Assembly (NCBI GenBank): GCA_964016885.1
Contig: OZ024755.1
Location: forward strand, 41,044,001-41,108,000
DNA from: Eledone cirrhosa
Taxonomy: Eukaryota
Direction: 5' to 3'
Length of the DNA: 64,000 nucleotides
A program made the position numbers and the translations under genes. Position 1 is the first letter of the stretch. The number at the start of each line of letters is the position of its first letter. Below the pieces are notes generated by a model. That model was not told the DNA's origin, made no database searches, and worked only from the letters and a program-made list of their open reading frames with translations. Below, in pieces: positions 52,495 to 64,000 of the stretch.

Positions 52495-53083
52495 TTATAT
52501 TATAATTAAGTATGTGTGTCTGTGTATTACCTATAGGGGCCTACATCTTACGACCGATTTTCATGAAACTTTACAGGCTGATAGATTAGTAATCGGGGAG
52601 TGTTTTCTGTATATCAGCGTATCGTTCTTATATTCCGGGGTCATTCTGCAGATAAAAATCGATAGGGGGTCACTTTTTTTAGGTATCGAAAAATAAGATA
52701 GCATTTTGCCACCGATTTCGTTCAAATTTTAAAGCAAAATAGAATTTATCATTGCACATCCTGCAGTGGCTTTATATTTTGCATTTGTTCTTCAGGGACG
52801 GCGTGGCAGCCGCTTAAATATTAAAAAATACCACTTTTAGACTCTCACATTAATCAACCTACTTTGTTCAAATTTTACACTACGCTAGATCTGATTATTT
52901 CACGTCTTAAAGTGGGTTTACATTTTGGATTTTTTGTTCAGGAACGGCATGGCAGCCGCTTAAATATTCGAAAATACCACCTTATCGCTCAAATTTCCGC
53001 CTTTTCGGCTCTAGCTCCCACATCTTTCAACCGATTTCATTCAAATTCCAAACTCCCTCCCCCAGCATGTCCCGTCGTCATTC
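52495..53083. mobile_element. Possible Helitron/Helentron-associated non-autonomous repeat
   Basis: Recurrent ACCGATTT(T)C.T..AAA.TT motif (52553, 52711, 53030) and an internal duplication; termini not identified. Confidence 0.35.
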
Positions 53084-54206
53084 GCCATCTCCCGGGAAGA
53101 AGTGAGTATCTGTATGTCATCAACGTATCTGGAGTAGAAGGCGACGGCGTTGGGTTGGCAGGTGTTGAGTGCCTTGGGTTCCAGGTGGTCCATGTACGAG
53201 ATCGCAAGTATGCCGGACAGACTAGAGCCCATAGGTAGCCCAGAGATCTATTTGTACGTGTGGCCGATGAAATTCACCAAATCTTTAACGACACTGACCA
53301 TCACGTCGATTTCACCATCGAATACCCTGAAGAAGACGGGTCACTCGCCCTCCTCGACTTCCGTATCAACATCTCGGAAGAAGGAGACATAAACACCACC
53401 TTCCACCGCAAGGCAGCGTGCAAGGACTTATTTGTGCATTACAACTCAGCCCTCCCCAACAACGCTAAGAGAGGCTATGTCCTAAATGAACTTACACGGA
53501 TCACTAATAGATGCAGCGACCCGATGGGTGGTCTCACCCATACCACGCAATTCCGTAATCTACTCAAGTCTAATGGATATCCCAAGCGACTGATTAACGG
53601 AATTAGAGACCCCAGACCCAATAGACAGACACCCACTAGAAACTTAGATAAAAGCAGGTACTTCTTTAAAATCCCCCACCTGAGTGATTATACCACGAAC
53701 GCCATCCGCAGGGCCATACGGAGCGAGGGACTTGACATACATTTGGCTCACACAGGACCTTCGCTCCGAAGATGCCTCTCCACCAAACCCGACGAGTCAG
53801 ATGGGACGTGTTCCCTCAGCAACTGCCCGATACGGGGGGCAGATTGCCTACGCACCTATGTCGTATATAAGATTCAATGCGATAAATGTAACAAGTTTTA
53901 CATAGGTAGCACCATCTGACCCCTACATGTTCGTATCAAGGAACATGTCAACACCAAGCATCTTCCTTCCGTAAACACATCCTTAAATGCGGAAACTCAC
54001 AGGGCAGACCCTTGGTCACAGTCCTAGCGACTGAACGCAGCATCGGATCCTTAAGGATAAAGGAAGCACTTGTTATTAAGAACCTCAGACCCCCACTTAA
54101 CAACCGGGCTGAGAGAAATGAGCTGACATGGCTAATTTAACCATAGTGACCAGTAACAGCCCCTACGGCCTATTATCTTTCACACACACGCACTTATATG
54201 TATACC

Positions 54207-54242
<36 letters not shown>

Positions 54243-54816
54243 TCTATATTTATACACGCACACATGTTTATACAACCTACCACCTTCCACACCCTTTGAA
54301 TTCCAGCTTCTACGGACCACTATCTTTCACACACGCACACTCACATACATACACACATACACATATACACACACAGTTACACACACATATATATTTACAC
54401 ACACATATTTTACGGCTTTCACACGCTAGCGCACCCTATTGATTTAACCCAATTGGTCAGTAGCTTTTGCCACAGCCTATCACGCGCACGCGCATTCTTT
54501 CCCTCGTTTGAATTTTCCCCATAACGGCATTCCTATGTTTTAACGACAATACAACTTTCTCCGGCTTAGCCTGTTCCCCCCCTTTTGGAACTTTCCCCCG
54601 TTGATGGGCGTGAGCCCGAAATATTGGGATTAAATCTCCACTACGGTAACCCTTCTACCTTTGTTTTGTTTTCCTTTTTCGTTTCTCTCAATTTTCACTT
54701 TTCTCCTATTTCTCACTCACTTCCTCCCTCGAGATTTCCCATCTGCATTGTTGTGGCTTTCTAAACTACATATTTTACATATGTCACAATGCTTCAAGCA
54801 AACTTTAACACCCTCA
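53084..54816 (+). mobile_element. 5'-truncated PLE with inverted RT segment (53084-53260)
   Basis: Minus: GLPMGSSLSGILA..RYVDD. Plus: FTIE..LALLD, NGYP, CSLSNC..C..VVYKIQCDKCNKFYIGST, KEALVIK..P.LN. (CA)n 3'UTR and degenerate HHR near 54595-54628. Confidence 0.88.
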
Positions 54817-54843
54817 TATATATATATATATGTATACATATAT

Positions 54844-54888
<45 letters not shown>

Positions 54889-55098
54889 TATGTATACATA
54901 TATATATATGTATATATATATATGTATACATATATATATGTGTATATATATATATATATGTATACATATATATATGTGTATATATATATATATGTGTATA
55001 TATATATATATATGTATACATATATATATGTGTATATATATATATATATGTATACATATATATGTGTATATATATATATATGTATACATATATATGTG

Positions 55099-55129
<31 letters not shown>

Positions 55130-55237
55130 GTGTATATATATATGTATATATATATATATGTGTATATATATATGTGTATATATATATGTGTATATATATA
55201 TGTGTATATATATATGTGTATATATATGTGTATATAT

Positions 55238-55289
<52 letters not shown>

Positions 55290-55316
55290 GTGTGTATATA
55301 TGTATATATATATATA

Positions 55317-55349
<33 letters not shown>

Positions 55350-55452
55350 GTGTATATATATATATATATATGTGTATATATATATATATATATGTGTATA
55401 TATATATATATATGTGTGTGTATATATATATATATATGTGTATATATATATA

Positions 55453-55515
<63 letters not shown>

Positions 55516-55558
55516 GTGTGTATATATATATATATGTGTGTGTATATATATATATATA

Positions 55559-55619
<61 letters not shown>

Positions 55620-55665
55620 GTGTATATATATATTTATATATATATATGTGTTTATATATATATAT
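54817..55665. repeat. G-interrupted (TA)n/(TG)n array
   Basis: Direct reading. Confidence 0.97.
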
Positions 55666-55987
55666 TCTCCGTTTAAAAATAGCTGGTACGTGTGGCGGAT
55701 GTGAAGTACTTATATGATATAGAGACCTAACATTAATCATATATCACAAAATCTGATAGTACTATATATATATATATACAGCATAGACTCCCTGTTATAT
55801 GTTCGAAAGTGATTCAGCTTTCTTGAGATTTCTTGCTTTTAAAGCTACCATTTTATTCAACTGACAAAAACGCATTTGTACTTTCTATCTAAAAACTTTT
55901 CTGGTGTCACTTTTCGACCCAGTTGCTTTACCATGTTCAGTTTGTTCTGTTTCCTTTCAGTGTATATATATATATATATATATATAT

Positions 55988-56405
55988 ATTTCGTTTCTGA
56001 ATTTGTTTAGCAAGATTCTTTATCTGAAATCGTGTGTTGAAACCGATATTGTTATACTTTGGGAGGGTCATGTTGCCAATAAGAAACACACGCACCAGTT
56101 GCTTTCACTTCAATTTAATTTAATATATATTTATAAATTTACAAATTTATAAACAAAATGGCGTAGGATAGAAGAAAGGAAAGGCACAGAAACGAAGAAA
56201 GAAATCCCCAGTCACTGAAGAGGTCACAGAGTGTGTGACGAAAGAACTATGACTATATATATATAAACAACTATCTGGTTGTGGAACCAACCAACCAACC
56301 AGAAATTTATAAATTTGTAAATTTATAAATATATATTAAATTAAATTGAAGTGAAAGCAACTGGTGCGTGTGTTTCTTATTGGCAACATGACCCTCCCAA
56401 AGTAT

Positions 56406-56411
<6 letters not shown>
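55988..56411. mobile_element. TA-flanked inverted-repeat element (family H8) with HHR at 56210-56254 (+)
   Basis: Arms about 56047-56152 and 56306-56411. AGTCA-CTGAAGA-gGTCACA(gagtg)TGTGAC-GAAA-GAAC-TA-TGACT. Relatives at about 58765-58990 and 27461-27513. Confidence 0.8.
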
Positions 56412-56472
<61 letters not shown>

Positions 56473-56475
<3 letters not shown>

Positions 56476-57061
56476 ATGAGTATATTTATATATATATAAC
56501 GGCGATGAATTAGTTTTGCGAGGTTTTTTATATGAAATCGTGTGTCGAAACAAATATTGTTATACTTGGGGAGGGTCATATTTGTGTAATAATATTGCCA
56601 GAATTAATAACAGAACACACTCACTGTTTGGTTGGTTTTCGCTTCTGTGTCTTTTATATCCGTTAATTTAATTTATTCGGTCCTCAATGTTACCATTGAC
56701 TGACCAACGGTCAAAAATACAGATACAATATAGACACAAACACATATATATAGTCTAACAAAGTTCTTTCGTTGCACATCTCAACATCGTCAGTGGTGCT
56801 ATTATGTTTCCTCTTGTTGTATTGTATGCCTACGCCATCTTTATTTAGTCTAAATTAATAAATTAAATTAACTGATATAAAAGACACAGAAGCGAAAACC
56901 AACCAAACAGTGAGTGTGTTCTGTTATTAATTCTGGCAATATTATTACACAAATATGACCCTCCCCAAGTATAACAATATTTGTTTCGACACACGATTTC
57001 ATATCAAAAACCTCGCAAAACTAATTCATCGCCGTTATATATATATAAATATACTCATACA
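56473..57061. mobile_element. H8-related inverted-repeat element (arms 56473-56677 and 56857-57061)
   Basis: Near-perfect 205-bp arms; spacer has minus-strand CTGACGA..GAAAGAAC near 56755-56797. Confidence 0.8.
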
Positions 57062-57120
57062 TATATATGCATAAGGAAAGTATATACTTTTAAACGTTCA
57101 ATCGACTGACAGAAAGGTAT

Positions 57121-57163
57121 ACGATGCTGACGATAGCTAATAAGCTTGAAACTAGTACATCGT
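57121..57163 (+). ncRNA. Canonical minimal type I hammerhead (family H7)
   Basis: ACGATG-CTGACGA-tAGCT(aata)AGCTt-GAAA-C(TA)G-TA-CATCGT. Confidence 0.82.
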
Positions 57164-57580
57164 TCCTGTGTCAGTGTTGAACAAAAGGGCGACGATAGTT
57201 GCCGAGCACTGTACGGCGTAATTCGGGCTGTTTGTTTACAAACAAACCGAACATTATAATAAATGTTCGGTAAACCCATACATACATATATATATGTGTG
57301 TGTGCATGTATGTATATATATACATACTACTGTACGTCTGTACACATATATGTATGTACGTAGTAGAGCAGATACCAATCGAATTATATATATATGTGAA
57401 GTAATTCCGTCGGAAAAGTCCAGGAAAAAAGAGTGCTCTATGTAGGTAACAGAGCTTAATAGTTATGTAATAAACAACATAAGGCAATTATTCCATTTAC
57501 CAGTGGTTTCTTAAAAGCAAAAAAATTTGCTTTCAATCCTCAGAATGAAAAAATCCTAGTCTGTTTATTGAATTTGGATT

Positions 57581-57670
<90 letters not shown>

Positions 57671-58632
57671 GTCCCCACCCCTGGCAACATCGTTCCTGCT
57701 AGTCCCTCCTCCACATTTAAATGTTCCTTTAACTCTTTTATTAACATATTTTTAATTAATGACACTACCAACCCTTTTGAAAATAACTTTTAAGATGCTG
57801 GAACTTAGTAAAATAACGTTTTAATGAGTAAGATGATGTTTGGAAAATTACTTTCGAAATATTCTTACATACAATCATGATAGGTTGTTTTAATATAAAT
57901 ATCCGTACTTTAAAACTGGCAGCTTTGTATCATAGGAGTAGGTTTCGGGTGGTTTGCTATAAAAACGTGTAACTGTAATGAAGTTTTCTATGAGTAAAGT
58001 TGTTAACAGTTTTGGCCGATTTTTATAAAGTGAAGCTTTGAGCTCCACCCTGAGGTGTTGAATGACAGAATAAATAGACAAATGTTGGATTAATCCACCC
58101 TCAGATCGGTCAAATTAACGTGTGTTTAATTAGCTTTCAAAATTAATGAGTGTGGCTTAGTGATTAGAGAATTGGATTCGCAATCGTGAGGTTGCTAGTT
58201 CCATTCTCGGACCGAGCGATGCGTTATGTCCTTGAGCAAGATACTTTATTTCACGTTGCTCCCTCTTCCAAGAGTTGCGAGCGGATGATAGTATCAGCGA
58301 TGGAAAGACCAAAGAAAACATTGTTTCCTTGGTCCGTCTCACTCGGTAAACGTATGAAGTTTGGGATCTTGTCGACTGATCTTGTCCTTAATATTAAGTG
58401 CATTTGTTTGTGTAGTTAGAGCTTGAACTGATGTTTGACTGTGTGACTGAAGCGACTGCTTCACAAGCACGTCATTCCACTTCCCACTCAACAAGACATT
58501 AATCAACTATCATAGTTTCAATCTGATCATTGAGAAAAGATTTCCATAAAACTGTCCAAGAAGGCATTCACTGGTTCCATTACACATGGGATGCGCTTAT
58601 TTCTTTTACTGTTTTCAGCAATTAAGAGGTGG

Positions 58633-58718
<86 letters not shown>

Positions 58719-59295
58719 TCACACACACACACTCACACACACACACATATATATATATATATGTTACACCCGGATGTAACCCATGCGCAAACTAAGCACA
58801 CAACACACAAAAACAAGATGGTGTAGGACAGAACAAAGGAGAGACACACAAAATAAAAACCTAGTCACTGAGGAGGTCACAATGTGTGACGAAAGAGCTT
58901 TGATAATATATAAACTTAGAATAAATTGAAGTGAAAAACCAACAGGTGCGTGTGTTTTTATTGGCAGCATGACCCCAAAGTATAACAAGATCCAAGACCT
59001 CATTCGCTTAACAAGTGGGGTGGAGCTCGTTAAATCGGACCGAGGAAACAATGTTTCCGTTGGTCTTTCCAATTGCTAATACTATCTGACGGTCGCAACT
59101 CTAGGAGCAACGTGAAATAAAGTTTCTTGCTCAGTCTGGGAATCGAAATCACAACCTCACGCTTGCTGATCCCAGTCTCTCACCATTCAACCAATTATAT
59201 ATTTGGTATAAATCAAAGTTGTTGTCGAAGTAGAACAGACACCAATCGAATTATTATAACGAGGAAAGTTATTAAATGAAGATCATACATATATT

Positions 59296-59477
59296 TGTTT
59301 CTACTTTAGGCACACGGCCAGCAATTACCCAGTTCATTACTGGTACTTTATTTTATCGACCCCCATAAGGATGAAAAGCAAAGTCAACCTCGGCGGGATT
59401 TGAACTCAGATCGTAAAGGGACGTAACTATGCTGGAAAGCATGGCGTCCGACCCTCTACCGATACTGCCAATCCACC
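59296..59477 (-). mobile_element. SINE family S1 with 18-bp target-site duplication
   Basis: GAAGATCATACATATATT at 59278-59295 and 59478-59495. Confidence 0.9.
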
Positions 59478-60251
59478 GAAGATCATACATATATTGACCA
59501 TCAATAAACTGAACAAAAAATATAGAAAGGGCATGGATATCAAAACATCAATATAAAGATTGTAGGAAGAAATATAGACCAAAGGCAGCGATAGTTATTA
59601 ACTCTTCCAGTGAAAATTCTGCTTATGCCCATTGCTGCTTAAATTTAATATAGTTAGCCTATAAATGTTAAGCAATTAGGATTATGATAGTAATAAGAAA
59701 AACAGATTTATCTAAATTTCTAATTTTGATCAAGAAAGCCAGGGGAGACAACTTCAGATTTAACATTAATCAAAATAGAATGCAGTGGAGCATGATTCTG
59801 ATCTTTGTCAACGTGGGCTCTTCCAACGCAACTCCCTTACCATCCTCTGGGGAAACGCCTTCTCCATTCTGTCCGCCGGGGCTGTGAGGAGGCCAGTTCG
59901 TGGGACCCCATTCGCTCACCATACAGAGAGATGGAAAGGGCGAGAAAGAGATTGAGGCGATGACAGTGGGAGTTCGGCTCTTCCATGATCGGATCATATC
60001 CGTGTGGTTGTGTTCATTATCTATATAGAAATGTATTTATTTCCAACAGGCATGATGTATTTTGTCTTGCTTTGACTGGTGACAATTGCAGCCATGTTCC
60101 GGTCTTTTTAAACCTTGTCAGTGAAGCAAAACAATTTTGATACATATATTATAGCGATTCACATGTACAGGTGAGATACTCTCGCTTATGAAGTAGTTTA
60201 CATATTCTCTTAATTTTCCTTATTATCTAACACTGTTTGGTTTCCTTGCAG

Positions 60252-60413
60252 ATATATAATTCCTTGGAAGAATTGTGTGATAACCCGCAAGAAAAGAACA
60301 AATATAAAGCTTATATTGAAGATTTAGTAACTGTTATGCGATTGTTAATGAAACTGTCAGTTCTACTGGCTCGGGCAGAAAATGCATCCAATTGTGCTGA
60401 CGAAACACGTCGG
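60252..60413 (+). CDS. shroom: Shroom-like exon, ASD2 core (IYNSLEELCDNPQEKNKYKAYIEDLVTVMRLLMKLSVLLARAENASNCADETRR)
   Basis: TTTCCTTGCAG acceptor and CGG/GTATGT donor; 162 nt, phase 0/0; aligns by eye to ASD2 C...[33 protein letters not shown]. Confidence 0.88.
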
Positions 60414-60451
60414 GTATGTAATAAATGTTTAACATTCACTCTATTATCATA

Positions 60452-60670
60452 AGGTGGAGAATTGAGTCGTTAGAACGTCAGATAGAATGGTAGAGTGGTT
60501 AGAACGTTGGATAGAATGGTAGAGTCGTTAGAACGTCAGATAGAATGGTAGAGTGGTTAGAACGTTGGATAGAATGCTTTAAGGTATTCCTTCCGGCTCT
60601 CTTATCTCTCAGTTCAAATCCCGCCGATGTCAATAAAGAAAAAGTACCAGTCTTGTACTGGTGTCGACTC
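60452..60670 (+). mobile_element. S1-related SINE with about 4 tandem copies of the 29-bp head unit
   Basis: Repeated ATGGTAGAGT(G/C)GTTAGAACGT..GATAGA, then AGTTCAAATCC and AAAGTACCAGT. Confidence 0.75.
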
Positions 60671-62274
60671 TGCCTCTATATCTCTTCCTCATTTCCCCTC
60701 TCTCACTTTCTATCTATTCTCTGGAGGTAATTTGTTCTACTCAGACCTGGAAAGGAATAGTCTCTGCCAGGTTTAAAATACCCAAGAAATTCCGTATGTC
60801 AATACGGCGCCCCTACAACTTCACCAGGAGTTATGGGACATGACATACATACTATCTTATTGGGAATTTTCCCAGGGTTGCTTTATGCATAAAGAACATA
60901 GAGTTAAGTGCAGCTAAGAGAATGTAAATCAATTGAGATTACACCTGTAAAAGAAAGAAAAGTCATTGAGGTTAATGATAACAAAACTATCACAAAAATG
61001 ACTTACATGGCTTTGCTCTGTTTCACTTATAACTGCTACGACTGAATGCTTAGTGGTCTGTGTGTTTAGCGGAGGATCGGGAGTCGGATTCCTGACTGCG
61101 TGTTATGTCCCTTAGCAAGACACTTTGTTTCACCTTACTCCAGTCTAAGGGGCAGCCGTGTCACACCTGTATGTCACGCCAAATCTTTGAGAAGTACATT
61201 AATGGTACACGTGTCTGTGGGATGCTAGGCTACTGGCACGTTAATTCCATGAGCTGGGTGTTGATCAAATAATTGGAACACTCCTCGTCAGAAACGACGG
61301 AGATCCAACACACTCATATGTCGATGGGTGTGTGTTATATGATTTAAAGGATTTCCACCTGGATTTGAAATAACAGCTTTTTTGGTTACAATCATCAGCA
61401 CCAAAGTTCCAGCAGCAATACAGACATTGATGTGCTGAAGTGTGTCTCTTAACACCGATATTCTCATCCCATGCTGGAGTTTCAATTTCTAGTTTAATCT
61501 ATTTCACATCACTTACACTGCTATCACCCTTGGGGAAAAGAAAGAACCTTACATCTCACTATTACCAATTCCACTAGAATATACTGCATTTGTGTCTAGT
61601 GAAAACCAAAACTAATACTCAAGATTATAGAAGATAATCAAGAAGATAGTCAGGCTAACATCACCATCAACACTATCAAATTCTCTCAGTGATGCTTCCA
61701 TTACGATCTTTGTATCCTTTCAAGGAAGGACTCTGATTGGCTTCTGTGACTTAAGAATATGAATATATTAATTCTGATGTATATTAATGTGATAAACATT
61801 TACAAGATTATCGAATATTATTACACTTTGCTATATTCCTGCCCGCAGCGGGACCTAAACGCAAGGGAAAATACTGATTAATTATAGCGTTCCTCCTTAT
61901 TTAATTCTGTCAGCTCTACATTGCTAATTATATGTATTCTCTGTGGTGATGGTAACATTCCACAACTTTCATATCTCTACTGGATCGGTCATTACGTCTC
62001 CGTTATCTTAAAGAACGTTCTCTAATTAAGAGATAATTGTTACACTCACACGTGTATATATATATATATATAGTATTTTCCGTAGTGTTGTAATATGAAT
62101 ATTATACACAGTAGATGGACAGCTCACATAGGGTTTAACATTGAAAATAACATTGAAATATTGAGTGTCTGCATAATTAATACTTTGTAGATAGCAACCG
62201 TTTTCAGGTTATATAACTGTTATTGAAACACGTGTCAATAAATTCCTTTTACTGAACTGTATCCATTTAAATCC

Positions 62275-63956
<1,682 letters not shown>

Positions 63957-64000
63957 TGGTGGCTGCCAACTCGTTTTCGAGTACGGCCACTACTTTATAT
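63957..64000 (-). mobile_element. 3' end of RTE-derived family R copy, running off the window
   Basis: Identical to 543-586. Confidence 0.85.

Noticed and set aside
59770-59997. WPPHSP as a Tc1/mariner transposase motif
   Set aside because: DLNPIE continuation, DDE context and TIRs are absent
63957-64000. Window-length tandem duplication (end matches 543-586)
   Set aside because: Only 44 bp of a multicopy repeat plus TA; insufficient evidence

Overview
Repeat-saturated animal genomic DNA; the SINE families and kb-long interrupted (TA)n arrays suggest an octopus/cephalopod (inference). Nearly all long IY/YI ORFs in the track are microsatellite artefacts. Real content: (1) four to five + strand exons (26281-60413) that splice in frame into a Shroom-family ASD2/SD2-domain protein, continuing beyond the window; (2) four Penelope-like retroelements (PLEs) with coding sequence: a very young Naiad-type tandem (1151-9858), a Neptune-like copy (10735-14675), a Neptune-like remnant (51303-52436) and a 5'-inverted copy (53084-54816); (3) at least a dozen short non-coding elements carrying minimal type I hammerhead ribozyme (HHR) motifs; (4) an RTE-derived non-autonomous family, tRNA-derived SINEs, CR1-, R4/Dong-, CRE- and RTE-type LINE fragments, and three minisatellites. 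The most striking pattern is that about 12 independent insertions from unrelated families share one architecture. Each has two copies joined head-to-head, often as a near-perfect fold-back palindrome at or near the HHR, with both 3' ends pointing outward at unequal end points and fused to (TA)n. All structures were read by eye; no searches or folding were run.
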